The notes under the pieces: model-generated
What the model saw: only the letters and a program-made list of their open reading frames with translations
Database searches by the model: none
Told to the model about the DNA's origin: nothing
Made by a program: the position numbers and the translations under genes
Assembly: GCA_965203175.1 (NCBI GenBank)
Contig: OZ241867.1
Location: 1,216,001 to 1,280,000, forward strand
DNA: 64,000 nt
Reading direction: 5' to 3'
From: Candidatus Latescibacterota bacterium
GTDB taxonomy: Bacteria > Latescibacterota > UBA2968 > UBA8231
Part shown: positions 51,571-61,899 of the stretch, in pieces
Layout of the letters: each line of letters opens with the position of its first letter
Numbering within the stretch: position 1 is the stretch's first letter

Positions 51571-53138
51571 TCGAGGTCGTATTCCTTCAACTTCCGATAG
51601 AGGGTACGAGTGCTAATGCCGAGGATTGCCGCCGCCTTCCGGCGATTGCCACCAACGCGGTCGAGTGCCTGTTCGATGGCTTCCCGCTCCCTGTCTTTGA
51701 GTGTGGGCAAAGGCTCAATAGCTGCATTTTCGGGGACGTGTATTGCCGTGGGCCCTTGGGGGTCTACGGAATTATTGTATGGGGCGTCGTCAACCGGATA
51801 GATCGGTTGACTGGATTCCTCTGGCGCGACCGGCTGAACGACCGCTGGCGCAACAGGGGGGGGGGTATTGCGTTCGACCGTAGCTCTCAACTCAGCGACC
51901 TCGCGCTTGAGATCCAAGAGAGCAAAGTAGATCAACTCGCGCTCGGATTGGTCCGGCGTCTTGTTGGTTGGCACTGGCAGGTGGCGCGTAGGTTGGCTTC
52001 TGAGGTGGGGTAAGAGGTCTTCGGGTTCGACGAGGGCACGCGGGGCGAGAAAGACCAAGTGCTCGATTAGGTTGCGCAACTCGCGCACATTGCCAGGCCA
52101 AGCATAGCTTTGCAAAAGGTCAATCGCCGCGGCCGAGAACCCTTCTATGCGGCTCTTGTTATCTTGGGTTAACTCGTTAGTGAAGTGCTCGATCAAGAGG
52201 GGAATGTCCTCGGCTCGGCGGCGTAGCGGCGGAATGTCGAGCTCGACGACCTTGAGCCGATGGTAGAGGTCGAGGCGGAACTCGCGCTGGTCAACTGCTT
52301 TTTGTAGGTCGCGGTTGGTCGCGGCGATGACGCGAATATCCACCGAGACAGGCGCACTGCCACCGATGCGGACAACCTCGCGCTGCTCGAGAACCCGCAA
52401 GAGACGCACTTGCGCCGCCGGTGACATTTCGCCGATTTCGTCCAGAAAGACCGTTCCGCTGTCAGCTTGTTCAAAGATGCCTCGGTATTGAGCGCGGGCA
52501 TCAGTGAAGGCCCCCTTCTCATGCCCGAAGAGTTCGTTCTCCAGCAGATTCTCCGGAATGGCACCGCAGTTGAGTGGACGGAAAGGATGTTCGCGTCGGC
52601 TGCTGTAGCGATGTATAGCTTCGGCGACTAGGTCTTTGCCTGCGCCGCTTTCTCCCGTCAGTAGGATAGAGGAGACTGGTGTCGGTGCCACGATTAAAAT
52701 GCGTTCGCGCAATTGGCGCATTAAGGACGACTGACCCACCAGCTCGGCTCCGTGCAAAAAGTCCCCTCGCTCTAGTAGGTGGTCCAGATGTTGGCGCAGG
52801 ATTTCGGCCTCAAAGGGCACGGCGATTTGGTCCTTGAGAGGCGAGTCCCACAGAAGTCGGTCCCAGTTCTCATCGGCGTTGCCCAAGCCTAGTACGGGCA
52901 CATCGCGGTGCTGGTCGAGTGCGGCGACCCCCTCTGCTAGGACGGCGGGCGGGAGTTCCATATCAAAAGCGACTAGATCCATCCCACGCCGCAGCAGCGG
53001 TCCAAGCGCATTGCCATTAGCCGCGTTGATTACGCGCAGCCGCGCGTCATGGACCGCAGACTTGAATTCCGCTTCCAGTTCTGCCTGCTGAGTCAGAAGC
53101 AAAATATGACGTTGCATCAGGGTCATGGTTCTTCCCAC
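51567..53138 (-). CDS. Sigma54-dependent Fis-family activator with a degenerate receiver-like N-domain
   Basis: GESGAGKD, ELFGHEKGAFTDA, FLDEIGE, WPGNVREL, C-terminal HTH. Confidence 0.9.
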   Translation of the reverse strand: MGRTMTLMQRHILLLTQQAELEAEFKSAVHDARLRVINAANGNALGPLLRRGMDLVAFDMELPPAVLAEGVAALDQHRDVPVLGLGNADENWDRLLWDSPLKDQIAVPFEAEILRQHLDHLLERGDFLHGAELVGQSSLMRQLRERILIVAPTPVSSILLTGESGAGKDLVAEAIHRYSSRREHPFRPLNCGAIPENLLENELFGHEKGAFTDARAQYRGIFEQADSGTVFLDEIGEMSPAAQVRLLRVLEQREVVRIGGSAPVSVDIRVIAATNRDLQKAVDQREFRLDLYHRLKVVELDIPPLRRRAEDIPLLIEHFTNELTQDNKSRIEGFSAAAIDLLQSYAWPGNVRELRNLIEHLVFLAPRALVEPEDLLPHLRSQPTRHLPVPTNKTPDQSERELIYFALLDLKREVAELRATVERNTPPPVAPAVVQPVAPEESSQPIYPVDDAPYNNSVDPQGPTAIHVPENAAIEPLPTLKDREREAIEQALDRVGGNRRKAAAILGISTRTLYRKLKEYDLE

Positions 53139-53148
53139 TGTCGTCGCC

Positions 53149-56100
53149 TCAGTTGAGGGTTTCCAACTCGTGGCGCAGGGTCTCGATCCGCTCGCGGGCT
53201 TCCTGCCCCTGTGGACTCTGCCCCCCTTCGCGCCGCGCGATCCGCTCGTAGATGGTTATGGCCGTGGCGTCTTCGCCCAGCGATTCGTGGCAGCGGGCGC
53301 GCTGGAAATCCGCCGAGGTGATCCACATGCTGAGCCCTTCAGAGCCGTGGTAACTGACTTTGTAATAGGCTTGGATAGCCTTGCGGTACTCGCCCATGTT
53401 CTGATAGGATTCGCCGATGTAAAACCGAGCTTGAGAAGCGCCGTTGCCATCGAGTAGCTGCTGGGAAAGCAGATCCTCTAGTTGTTCAATGGATTGGGCG
53501 TATTGGCCCTTATTCTTGAGGATGATGCCTAGTTCGAGTTGGATCTCGACGGCTTTGGGGTTGTCGGGGTATTGGCTCAGTAGCTGGTTGGCTATTTGGT
53601 GAGCGGCCTCGTACTCGTGGGCTTTTTGGTAGCTCTTGAGGAGTTTCCACAGCGCATTTTGGATCTGTTCGCTACTGATTTCCGGTGCGTCCAAGACGTG
53701 TTTGTAGGCCCCGGCCGCTTGTAGGAAGTTGCGCAGCGAAAAGTGGTAGTCTCCTAGGCGCAAGTAAGCGTCGACTGTCTGAGGACTCGTTGGATATTGC
53801 CGGACAAAATGCGAGATAGCCTCCAGCGCATACGCCGCTCCTTCCTCACTGGGCGCCGCCCGGTTTCGCTTCCACAGCGTTATGGCCATCCAATAGGCCC
53901 CATCGTCGGCCCAAGTGCCGCCTTGCTCTTCTACCTTTTGAAACGTCTCGTATGCCTTCTTGTGGTTGCCCGCCTGCAAGTAGTATTTCCCTTCTTCGAT
54001 CGAGAAATGTTGCCGCCACTCCGTCTCCTCCTTGAATCGCTTGGCAAACTGCTTGGCTGCCTTGCGCCCCTCTTCTATGCGCTTGAGTCGGAACAAGGCT
54101 AGGACGGCTTGTCCGTGGATCAGAGCATCCTCGCTTTGCTGCATCAGGGGCTGATACAGCTGATAGGCTTGCTTGTATTTCTGTTGGGCAAAGGCGATGT
54201 GGCCGGCCCGCGCCGAGGCGTCGGTCGCCAGTTCGCTGGAGGCAAACTCTTGGCCGACCTTGCGGAAGAGCCGAAGAGCCTCGTCTTCCTGCCCCAACCT
54301 CAGTTGCAGTATCGCTTGGGCGAAGTAAATGCTGTCTAGTCCCGCTGGGTTTGGTTCTTCGGCGAGTATTTGCCGATAGGTCTCCATGGCCTCGCCGTAG
54401 CGGTTGAGGTGGTGATAAGCGCGGCCGGTTCGTCGGAGAATCGGCCCCCTGTCGTCGGAGATGGTCGAGTTGGAAACTAGCGGTAGGTATAGCTCGATGG
54501 CTGCGGCGTATTGGCCGAGCTGGAAGTAGGTGTCGCCCAGCAGTTTTTGGGCGGCGCGGCGTTGGGGAAAGGCCGGGTAGCCCCAGCGCAACTCTTGCAG
54601 CCGGGCGATGGCTTCTTGGGTGCGCTCCTGCGCTAGGCGGATATGGCTCAGTTCAAAGAGCACCGGTGCCGTCAGCGGACTGTCGGGATAGTCTCGCAGA
54701 ATGCGCTCGAACAGGTCGGCCGCAGCTCGGTATTGGCCTTTTTGCACTAGGCAAAGACTCTTGCCGTACAGAGCGTGGGGTACGAGTGGGCTACCAGAAA
54801 AGAGGCGACCGAGCTGGTCGTAGGCCGCAATGGCCTCGTCGAACCAAGTAGTAGTGGTATCGGTCGCCCCGAGTTGGCGGCGGGCATCGCCCAGCTGCAA
54901 AAGGGCTTGGTCTAGATGGGCATCTCGGCGCTCGGAAAACTCGGCGACGAAGGCGGCAAGCCCCTCTTCGAGCGTTGACAATCGCAGCGAGTCGGGGCGG
55001 TCCTCGGCTTCGAGTGTAATGAGGCGCAGTCGTGCGCGCCGGGCCCAAGTGCTGTCGGTGGGGACTTGCTCGACGAGAATAGTGCTGTCGGTGGGGGCTT
55101 GCTTGACGAGAACGCGGTATCCCCGGAGAGCAAGAATCCGCAGCGAGTCAGCGCTGGCAGGCTCTGCTTCTAGCTCGCGTTGGCGGGAGAGCCGGAGCAG
55201 GCTTTCGGCCAAAAAGTACTGTGCTTCGCTGCGGTTGTGATCGTCTGGATAGGCTGCGGCGTAGTGTTTGAAGGACTGGGCAGCAGTCACAAAATCGTGG
55301 TGCGCGAACAGCACCCGAGCTACCTCTAGCAGCACGAGTTGGCGCGGCTTGCCGCTCAACTCGTCGATCCACGCCTGCTGTAGGGCCCGGTTGAGGCCGG
55401 CCCGGTCCAAGACGGTGAACTCGCGCAGATATTCGATTCGCTGGCGCACCTCCTCGCTCCGACGGTCCGCGGGGAAGAGTTCGAGAAAGGCCGTATACTC
55501 GCGCAGTGCCGTGCGCGGCTGTCCACTTCGCTCAAAAGTCTGGGCGAGGGAAAATTGCGCTTTGGTTGCTACCTCGTCCTGAGCCGAAGCTAGCTGGCGA
55601 TAGAGGGCGATGGCTTCTTCGTAGTAACCGGTTGAATCATAGAGTGCGGCGAGTTCGAAGCGCACGGCGTCGGCATCGGGGGCGGTATCGGCTTCCTGAA
55701 GGTAGCGGCGATACCAAGTTATCGAGCGGCTGTGTTCGCGGCGTCTCTTGTAGAGGACGCCCAGTTCCTGCAGCGCACTGATGGCTTCGGGGCTGTCGCC
55801 GGTCTGGATCAATCCTTGAAACAGGCCCACTGCGAGGGCGAATTGTCCGGCTTGGCCTAGGGCGATGGCTCGGCCAAGCTGCGCCCGGAGGAAAGCGGGA
55901 TGGCCGGGTTGGAGCATGGAGCGTAGCTTTTCGTAATGGGCGATGGCCTTGCTCGTCTGATGACTCTGGCGGCGGGCATCGGCTAGCCCAAGGAGTGCGC
56001 GTTCTTTGAGAGAGCGGTCGTCAATTTTGCTGTAGGCGCGCTGATAGGCGTCCCCAGCTTGGCTGAAGAGGCGCGATCGATAGAGATCGTCGGCGCGATC

Positions 56101-56850
56101 TAGATAGGCGCTGTCGGTCTGCGCCGCTTTGGGAAAGCGCCGCGCTAGCGATTTGAATTGTTTCTCAGCGGTTTCTCTATTGCCCATGAAGAGCGCGATG
56201 CGCCCTCCGAGCAGCAGGGCGCTGGGGGCTTCAGGCGGCGACGGTGCCGCGGTGGCGATTTGCCCAAGCAACTGTTGGGCCTCTTCGACCCGACCAGCGG
56301 CAAAGCGCAACTGGGCCAGCCGATAGCGGGCCAAATGCGCTTGCTTAGAAGTCGCGTAGTCGGTCAGCAGACGTCCATAGACAGCTTCGGCTTGCCGCAA
56401 GTTTTCAGCGCGGGTATAATTGGCTGCTGCCTCAATCAAGGCTTTGGCGGCGAATTCGCTGGTGCTGAAACGACGCTGCACCTCTTCGTATGACCGAGCG
56501 GCCAACAGGTATTGACCTTGCTCGGCCAGACAGGCCGCTCGCTCGCGTCGTGCGTCGGCAGCATTCAAGTGCTCGAGATGTTCGAGATAAAACGTCTCGT
56601 AGGCCGGCACCGCTAGGTCGCAATGGCCGCTTTGGCGGTACGCACGCGCCAGCATCAGTCGAGCCTCGGCTATCTGCTGACTGTCGGGATAATTGCGAAC
56701 AAACTCGGCAAATAGCCCGGCGGCGGTGGCATAGTCGCCGGCATCCCGGAAGAGATTGCGGGCCAGTTTGAAGTCGTCCTCTGCGCTCGCTTGCGCCCAG
56801 CTTTGGGTGCTTAGGCAGAGGAGAAACACTAACATCAACTTTGGAACCAT
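53149..56850 (-). CDS. Large secreted tetratricopeptide-repeat protein (YbgF/BamD-like repeats)
   Basis: Signal peptide SWA-Q; many helical repeats with YP.S turns. Confidence 0.85.
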   Translation of the reverse strand: MVPKLMLVFLLCLSTQSWAQASAEDDFKLARNLFRDAGDYATAAGLFAEFVRNYPDSQQIAEARLMLARAYRQSGHCDLAVPAYETFYLEHLEHLNAADARRERAACLAEQGQYLLAARSYEEVQRRFSTSEFAAKALIEAAANYTRAENLRQAEAVYGRLLTDYATSKQAHLARYRLAQLRFAAGRVEEAQQLLGQIATAAPSPPEAPSALLLGGRIALFMGNRETAEKQFKSLARRFPKAAQTDSAYLDRADDLYRSRLFSQAGDAYQRAYSKIDDRSLKERALLGLADARRQSHQTSKAIAHYEKLRSMLQPGHPAFLRAQLGRAIALGQAGQFALAVGLFQGLIQTGDSPEAISALQELGVLYKRRREHSRSITWYRRYLQEADTAPDADAVRFELAALYDSTGYYEEAIALYRQLASAQDEVATKAQFSLAQTFERSGQPRTALREYTAFLELFPADRRSEEVRQRIEYLREFTVLDRAGLNRALQQAWIDELSGKPRQLVLLEVARVLFAHHDFVTAAQSFKHYAAAYPDDHNRSEAQYFLAESLLRLSRQRELEAEPASADSLRILALRGYRVLVKQAPTDSTILVEQVPTDSTWARRARLRLITLEAEDRPDSLRLSTLEEGLAAFVAEFSERRDAHLDQALLQLGDARRQLGATDTTTTWFDEAIAAYDQLGRLFSGSPLVPHALYGKSLCLVQKGQYRAAADLFERILRDYPDSPLTAPVLFELSHIRLAQERTQEAIARLQELRWGYPAFPQRRAAQKLLGDTYFQLGQYAAAIELYLPLVSNSTISDDRGPILRRTGRAYHHLNRYGEAMETYRQILAEEPNPAGLDSIYFAQAILQLRLGQEDEALRLFRKVGQEFASSELATDASARAGHIAFAQQKYKQAYQLYQPLMQQSEDALIHGQAVLALFRLKRIEEGRKAAKQFAKRFKEETEWRQHFSIEEGKYYLQAGNHKKAYETFQKVEEQGGTWADDGAYWMAITLWKRNRAAPSEEGAAYALEAISHFVRQYPTSPQTVDAYLRLGDYHFSLRNFLQAAGAYKHVLDAPEISSEQIQNALWKLLKSYQKAHEYEAAHQIANQLLSQYPDNPKAVEIQLELGIILKNKGQYAQSIEQLEDLLSQQLLDGNGASQARFYIGESYQNMGEYRKAIQAYYKVSYHGSEGLSMWITSADFQRARCHESLGEDATAITIYERIARREGGQSPQGQEARERIETLRHELETLN
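55048..55112. repeat. 33-bp tandem duplication in the TPR gene
   Basis: LVKQAPTDSTI/LVEQVPTDSTW; DNA units start at 55048 and 55081. Confidence 0.85.
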
Positions 56851-56940
56851 ATCAATTCTCAGCTATTCTCAAGAAGTATGCCAATCTGACACGTAGTATA
56901 GAGTGTAAAATATAGTAAAATGCGGTCAAGGTGTGCAGCG

Positions 56941-57798
56941 ATGGAGAGTCTGCCGGTCGAAAAAGCGTACGCAAAAATAAACTTGGGGTTTAAGGTTCTC
57001 GGCCGCCGCTCCGATGGCTACCACGAGATCCTCAGCGTGGCTCAATGCGTGGATTTAGCGGACGTCCTGTACTTTGAATCAGCTTCCTCCGATCAATTGA
57101 CCTGTAATCTCGATAGTCTATCGACCGGGCCGGACAACCTAGTGTGTCGCGCAGTTGATGCCTTTCGCGCTCGGCTCGACCGGCCGACCCAGTCTTTCCG
57201 CATCCACCTAGAGAAGAATATACCTATAGGTGCAGGCCTGGGCGGGGGCAGTGCCGACGCGGCAGCGGCCCTGCGAGCACTCAATCGCTTCTATGACCAG
57301 CCATTCTCGACCGCAGACCTCCGCCAGATCGCCGCAACCCTTGGCTCGGACATTCCCTTCCTAGTGGAAGGCGGCACCGCTCTAATGAGAGGCCGGGGCG
57401 AGATGCTCGAAGCGCTGAGCTGGGAGGGCGCAGTCTTTTATGTGCTGGTGTACCCCGAGGTCGAGATCAGCACGGCGTGGGCTTATGGCCAACTCGGCCC
57501 TATCTTGACAGAAAATTCTCCCTATTTTAACTTTATTATTTCCCTGAGCGGCGGGTGCGTTGACCACGACAGGTTATTTGAAGTGCTGGAGAACGACTTC
57601 ACGCCCGTGGTAGATCGCGCCTATCCCATCGTCGCAGAACTTCGTTCTCAACTGGACCGAGTTGGTGCCCGCGCCGCGTCCATGTCGGGCAGTGGCTCCA
57701 CTGTTTACGGTATCTTCGACGACCGGAAGACCGCCTCTCAGGCGCACAGCGCACTGCAAAGGCAAGGTTGCCGGTCTTTTTTATGTCAGCCGGTCTAG
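56941..57798 (+). CDS. ispE: 4-diphosphocytidyl-2-C-methyl-D-erythritol kinase
   Basis: AYAKINL, KNIPIGAGLGGGSADAA, GSDIPF, MSGSGS. Confidence 0.96.
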   Translation: MESLPVEKAYAKINLGFKVLGRRSDGYHEILSVAQCVDLADVLYFESASSDQLTCNLDSLSTGPDNLVCRAVDAFRARLDRPTQSFRIHLEKNIPIGAGLGGGSADAAAALRALNRFYDQPFSTADLRQIAATLGSDIPFLVEGGTALMRGRGEMLEALSWEGAVFYVLVYPEVEISTAWAYGQLGPILTENSPYFNFIISLSGGCVDHDRLFEVLENDFTPVVDRAYPIVAELRSQLDRVGARAASMSGSGSTVYGIFDDRKTASQAHSALQRQGCRSFLCQPV

Positions 57799-57828
57799 CT
57801 CGGGGGAGTGCGAGGCATAAAGATAGGT

Positions 57829-57903
57829 AGCCCGGTCGTTCAATTGGTAGGACAACGGATTTTGGTTCCGTTTATCGAGGTTCGAGTCCTCGCCGGGCTG
57901 CCA
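57829..57903 (+). tRNA. tRNA-Gln(TTG)
   Basis: Anticodon arm ACGGA-TT-TTG-GT-TCCGT; GGTTCGAGTCC; CCA end; canonical position after ispE. Confidence 0.95.
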
Positions 57904-57947
57904 TTATGCCATTGATATTCGATTGAGTCTTTTGAGGAGACGTTCCG

Positions 57948-58664
57948 ATGCCACAAGTTCCACTACAGATCCAAGCGCGCGAGCAAGTCGCGCTCAAAGT
58001 CCAGTCCCGCCAAGAGCAGGGCAAGGGACCGGTGGGCCAGATGCGCCGCCTGCAGGGCCAGTTGCCCGGGGTGATCTACGGCCACAATCAGCCCACTGAG
58101 TCCTTCAAGACGGATGCCCATGGCTTGGAGCTCATTCTGAGCAAGGGCGGGCAAAACGCGATCATCTTGATTGAGCACGAAGAGCCTGACAGAGCTCCTG
58201 AGCAGGCCCTGATTCGCGACATCCAATACCACAAGGTCCGCGGCGATGTGCTGCACTTAGACCTTTTGCGCATCGATCCGAGCGAGACGCTGCGCGCCAA
58301 TGTCCCGATCCTGACTGAGGGGGAGCCCGAAGGAGTCCGCAACGAGGGCGGGGCCTTGCAGCAGGCGCTGACTGCAATCGAAATGGAGTGCGTCGTCTCG
58401 GAAATGCCCTCTGCGATGGTGATTGATATCTCTTCGCTGGTCATCGGCGACAGCCTGCATGTGAGCGATCTCGTCGAACAAGAGCCGCGCATTACCACCG
58501 ATCCGGACCGCACGATTGTCAACGTCTTGGCTCCGCGCTTGATCACTGAGGAGGAAGAAGCCGAGGAGGTCGAAGGAGAGGAAGGCGAAGGAGAGGAAGG
58601 CGAAGGAGAGGAAGGCGAAGGAGGTGGCGAGGGCGGCGAAGGCGACGAGGGTGGCGAAGAGTAG
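57948..58664 (+). CDS. rplY: 50S ribosomal protein L25/Ctc
   Basis: LPGVIYG, IRDIQYH, HLDL, GVRNEGG, IGDSLHVSDL; acidic tail. Confidence 0.93.
   Translation: MPQVPLQIQAREQVALKVQSRQEQGKGPVGQMRRLQGQLPGVIYGHNQPTESFKTDAHGLELILSKGGQNAIILIEHEEPDRAPEQALIRDIQYHKVRGDVLHLDLLRIDPSETLRANVPILTEGEPEGVRNEGGALQQALTAIEMECVVSEMPSAMVIDISSLVIGDSLHVSDLVEQEPRITTDPDRTIVNVLAPRLITEEEEAEEVEGEEGEGEEGEGEEGEGGGEGGEGDEGGEE
58571..58624 (+). repeat. 15-bp tandem repeat (CGAAGGAGAGGAAGG x3+) encoding an EGEEG tail
   Basis: Three exact units plus a partial unit, read directly. Confidence 0.85.
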
Positions 58665-58666
58665 AT

Positions 58667-59224
58667 TTGCAAGTAGCCTTGGGTTTGGGCAATCCCGGTG
58701 CGCGCTACGCGTCAACGCGGCATAACATAGGCTTTATGGTGGTAGACCACCTAGCGGCCCGCTGTGGTGTTGACTGGCAGCATCGAGCGGACGTACAGGG
58801 CCAAGTTGTCCGAGTAGTGCTGGGTGGTCGGGAAGTGCTTTTGGCTAAGCCCCAGACCTATATGAACCGCAGCGGTTCGACCGCTGCGGCCCTTTGCGCC
58901 CAATGGAAAGTGCTTCCCGAGGACGTATTGGTCATCTTCGACGACTTCCTCCTCGATTTCGGGTGCCTGCGCTTTCGCCGTGGTGGCAGTGATGGCGGGC
59001 ACAACGGTTTGGCTTCAGTACTCGAAGCGCTCAACACGGAAGCCGTACCGCGCCTGCGTTTAGGAATCGGCATCCCACCTGCGGATGCGGACGTCATCGA
59101 CTACGTCTTGGATCCGTTTTCCCCCGCAGACGAGGTAGAAGACTTGATTGAGCGCGGGAATGCGGCGCTCGAAGTGTACTACGCCGAAGGCATCGAGGCG
59201 GCCATGAACAAGTTCAACGGTTAA
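58667..59224 (+). CDS. pth: Peptidyl-tRNA hydrolase
   Basis: [30 protein letters not shown]. Confidence 0.96.
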   Translation: MQVALGLGNPGARYASTRHNIGFMVVDHLAARCGVDWQHRADVQGQVVRVVLGGREVLLAKPQTYMNRSGSTAAALCAQWKVLPEDVLVIFDDFLLDFGCLRFRRGGSDGGHNGLASVLEALNTEAVPRLRLGIGIPPADADVIDYVLDPFSPADEVEDLIERGNAALEVYYAEGIEAAMNKFNG

Positions 59225-59259
59225 AAAGCAACGTAGCCGAGGGAGGGTTACAAACGCAT

Positions 59260-61299
59260 ATGGAAATTTGGACAAGCGCAGCGCCATTCATAGGTCTGGG
59301 CGGTTTGCTTTGCTCGCTCCTGCTGTACTTTTACATCAAAAAGTCTCCGGCGGGCACTCCAGAGATGGTGGAAATCTCAGAGGCTATCCACGATGGAGCT
59401 ATGGCCTTTCTCAAACGCGAGTACACCATCCTCGCCGGGTTTATCGTCATCGTTTTCGCCCTCCTTTTTGCCTTCGTCGGTGCCCATACCGCGTACGCTT
59501 TCTTGGCGGGAGCCGTTTGCTCCATTTTGGCCGGTTATACCGGTATGAAGGCGGCCTGTCACGCCAATGTTCGCACCGCCCAAGCGGCCAACCAGCGCGG
59601 CCAAGGACCGGCGCTGAACATCGCTTTTTCAGGGGGCGCCGTGATGGGACTTGCCGTGGCTGGCTTGGGACTTTTCGGCGTTGGAGCGCTGGCTAGCGCC
59701 CTTGGTATCTGGAGCGATATAAGCCAAGCATCCACGATCAACGGCTTCGCTATGGGAGCCTCTTCGATTGCTCTTTTCGCGCGCGTTGGCGGCGGCATCT
59801 TCACCAAGACCGCCGATGTAGGTGCCGACTTGGTGGGCAAAGTAGAGGCGGGGATTCCCGAGGACGATCCCCGCAATCCGGCCGTTATCGCCGACAATGT
59901 CGGCGACAATGTCGGCGATGTAGCTGGCATGGGTGCCGATATCTTTGAATCGTACGTTGGCTCGGTCATTGCTACCATTGCCATCGCCGCCACCGCGTCC
60001 GCGTCACTGCTGGCCACTATTGCTCCCAGTATCTCCGATCCGACCCAGGCGAAACTTGCGGCAATGAGCTTCCCGCTGATCGTCATCACGATCGGTATAG
60101 TCGCGTCGCTACTGGGCGTGTTGATGGTGCGGATACTGCAGAATTTCGACCCCGGTGCCGCATTGCGCTACTCGACTTGGGTTGCAGCCGCACTAATGAT
60201 TTTGGGTGCTTGGTGGGTCTCCGGGACAATCGGCCTATCCAATCAGCCGGTGTGGGCACTATGCGCGGGCTGTTTGGCCGGGATCGCGATTGGCCTTTTT
60301 ACCGAGTACTACACTGGCGGCAAACCCATCCGCACCATCGCTGAAACCTCTAAGACTGGCGTGGCGACCAATATTATTTCCGGTCTGGCCATAGGCATGG
60401 AGAGCGTCGTTCTGCCGACCTTGGGGATCGTCATCGCCATTGGCTTGGCCTTTCACTTTGCCGGGCTTTTTGGGATTGGGATCGCCGCCGTGGGCATGCT
60501 GGCCACCGTGGGTATCACTATGTCGGTTGACGCCTACGGCCCCATCGCCGACAACGCCGGCGGCATTACCGAAATGGCAGGCTTGGGCGAAGACACGCGC
60601 AAGATCACCGATGGTCTCGACTCACTCGGCAACACGACCGCGGCCATGGGCAAAGGATTTGCCATTGGTTCGGCGGCGTTGACGGCATTGGCACTTTTTT
60701 CGGCCTATTCCTCCGCTATTGAGACCGCAACCGGTGAGCCGGTCGTCATTGACGTGACTACGCCGATTGTCGTCGGCGGGCTTTTTATCGGCGCGATGAT
60801 TCCCTACCTAGCGGCCTCCATTACCATGACCTCAGTCGGCAAGGCCGCCTTCAAGATGGTCGAGGAAGTCCGGCGTCAGTTCCGCGAGATCGAGGGCCTG
60901 ATGGAAGGCAAAGCCAAGCCCGATACCCAGCGCTGCGTGGAAATCAGCACGACGGCAGCGCTGCGCGAGATGATTCTACCAGGCTTGTTGGCGGTGTTGG
61001 CTCCGGTCGCGGTTGGGTTCGGCCTCGGCCCCATCGCCTTGGGCGGTATGCTCGCCGGGGCGACGGTCAGCGGCGTCCTGTTGGCATTGATGATGGCCAA
61101 TAGCGGCGGGGCTTGGGACAACGCCAAAAAATGGATCGAAGAAGGCCACTTGGGGGGCAAGGGCTCTGACCCCCACAAAGCCGCCGTCGTTGGCGATACG
61201 GTCGGCGACCCATTCAAGGACACTTCGGGGCCGTCGCTAAACATACTCATCAAGCTGATGTCGGTGATATCTCTCGTCCTGGCACCGCTTTTCGTCTGA
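59260..61299 (+). CDS. hppA: Membrane pyrophosphatase, K+-dependent, probably Na+-translocating
   Basis: [33 protein letters not shown]. Confidence 0.93.
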   Translation: MEIWTSAAPFIGLGGLLCSLLLYFYIKKSPAGTPEMVEISEAIHDGAMAFLKREYTILAGFIVIVFALLFAFVGAHTAYAFLAGAVCSILAGYTGMKAACHANVRTAQAANQRGQGPALNIAFSGGAVMGLAVAGLGLFGVGALASALGIWSDISQASTINGFAMGASSIALFARVGGGIFTKTADVGADLVGKVEAGIPEDDPRNPAVIADNVGDNVGDVAGMGADIFESYVGSVIATIAIAATASASLLATIAPSISDPTQAKLAAMSFPLIVITIGIVASLLGVLMVRILQNFDPGAALRYSTWVAAALMILGAWWVSGTIGLSNQPVWALCAGCLAGIAIGLFTEYYTGGKPIRTIAETSKTGVATNIISGLAIGMESVVLPTLGIVIAIGLAFHFAGLFGIGIAAVGMLATVGITMSVDAYGPIADNAGGITEMAGLGEDTRKITDGLDSLGNTTAAMGKGFAIGSAALTALALFSAYSSAIETATGEPVVIDVTTPIVVGGLFIGAMIPYLAASITMTSVGKAAFKMVEEVRRQFREIEGLMEGKAKPDTQRCVEISTTAALREMILPGLLAVLAPVAVGFGLGPIALGGMLAGATVSGVLLALMMANSGGAWDNAKKWIEEGHLGGKGSDPHKAAVVGDTVGDPFKDTSGPSLNILIKLMSVISLVLAPLFV

Positions 61300-61338
61300 G
61301 GGATGTGCCTCAGACCAGAACCAAGAAAGCGTAATACA

Positions 61339-61884
61339 ATGAGAAACTACGAACTCGTATGTATCTTGGACCCCCAAGCCGGCGAGGGCCAATACGATCA
61401 ACTCGTCGAAAAATACGAGGCTCTACTTGAGGAAAATGGCGGGCAAGTCGTCCGGATCGACAATTGGGGTCTGCGGCGTCTGGCCTATACCTCGTCTAGC
61501 CTGAAGAATCGGCTCCAAGGCTACTACGTGCTCTACCAGTTTTCCGCCGAGCCGACGGCAATTGAAGGGCTAGAGCAGACGCTCAAGCTCGACGAAGTGG
61601 TGCTGCGCTACCTCGTCACTGCTGTCGAAGGCGAGTTTATCCACGTGCCCGAGCTAGCCGCCGACAATTTCCTCGAAGAAGCTTTTGCCCGGCCTACCCG
61701 TGGTCCGAGGGACCGAGGTGGTGGCCCGCACCGCGACTCCCGCGGCCCGAGGGGCCGCGGCGAGGTCCACAGTGCTGCACCTGAACACGAGGCTCTTGAT
61801 GAAGAGGTAGAAGAAGTAGAGAAGGTGGAAGAGGCAGAGGGTTCACCAGAAGAGGCCGTCGTCCAAGAGTCCGACGACTCTTAG
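61339..61884 (+). CDS. rpsF: 30S ribosomal protein S6 with a long C-terminal extension
   Basis: MRNYELVCILDP, WGLRRLAY, GYY, VLRYL. Confidence 0.93.
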   Translation: MRNYELVCILDPQAGEGQYDQLVEKYEALLEENGGQVVRIDNWGLRRLAYTSSSLKNRLQGYYVLYQFSAEPTAIEGLEQTLKLDEVVLRYLVTAVEGEFIHVPELAADNFLEEAFARPTRGPRDRGGGPHRDSRGPRGRGEVHSAAPEHEALDEEVEEVEKVEEAEGSPEEAVVQESDDS

Positions 61885-61899
61885 AGTCGGCGTGCGCCG

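Noticed and set aside
61872-61892. Palindrome CGACTCT-T-AGAGTCG at the rpsF stop
   Set aside because: Single copy, loop too short, no U-tract; function cannot be supported.
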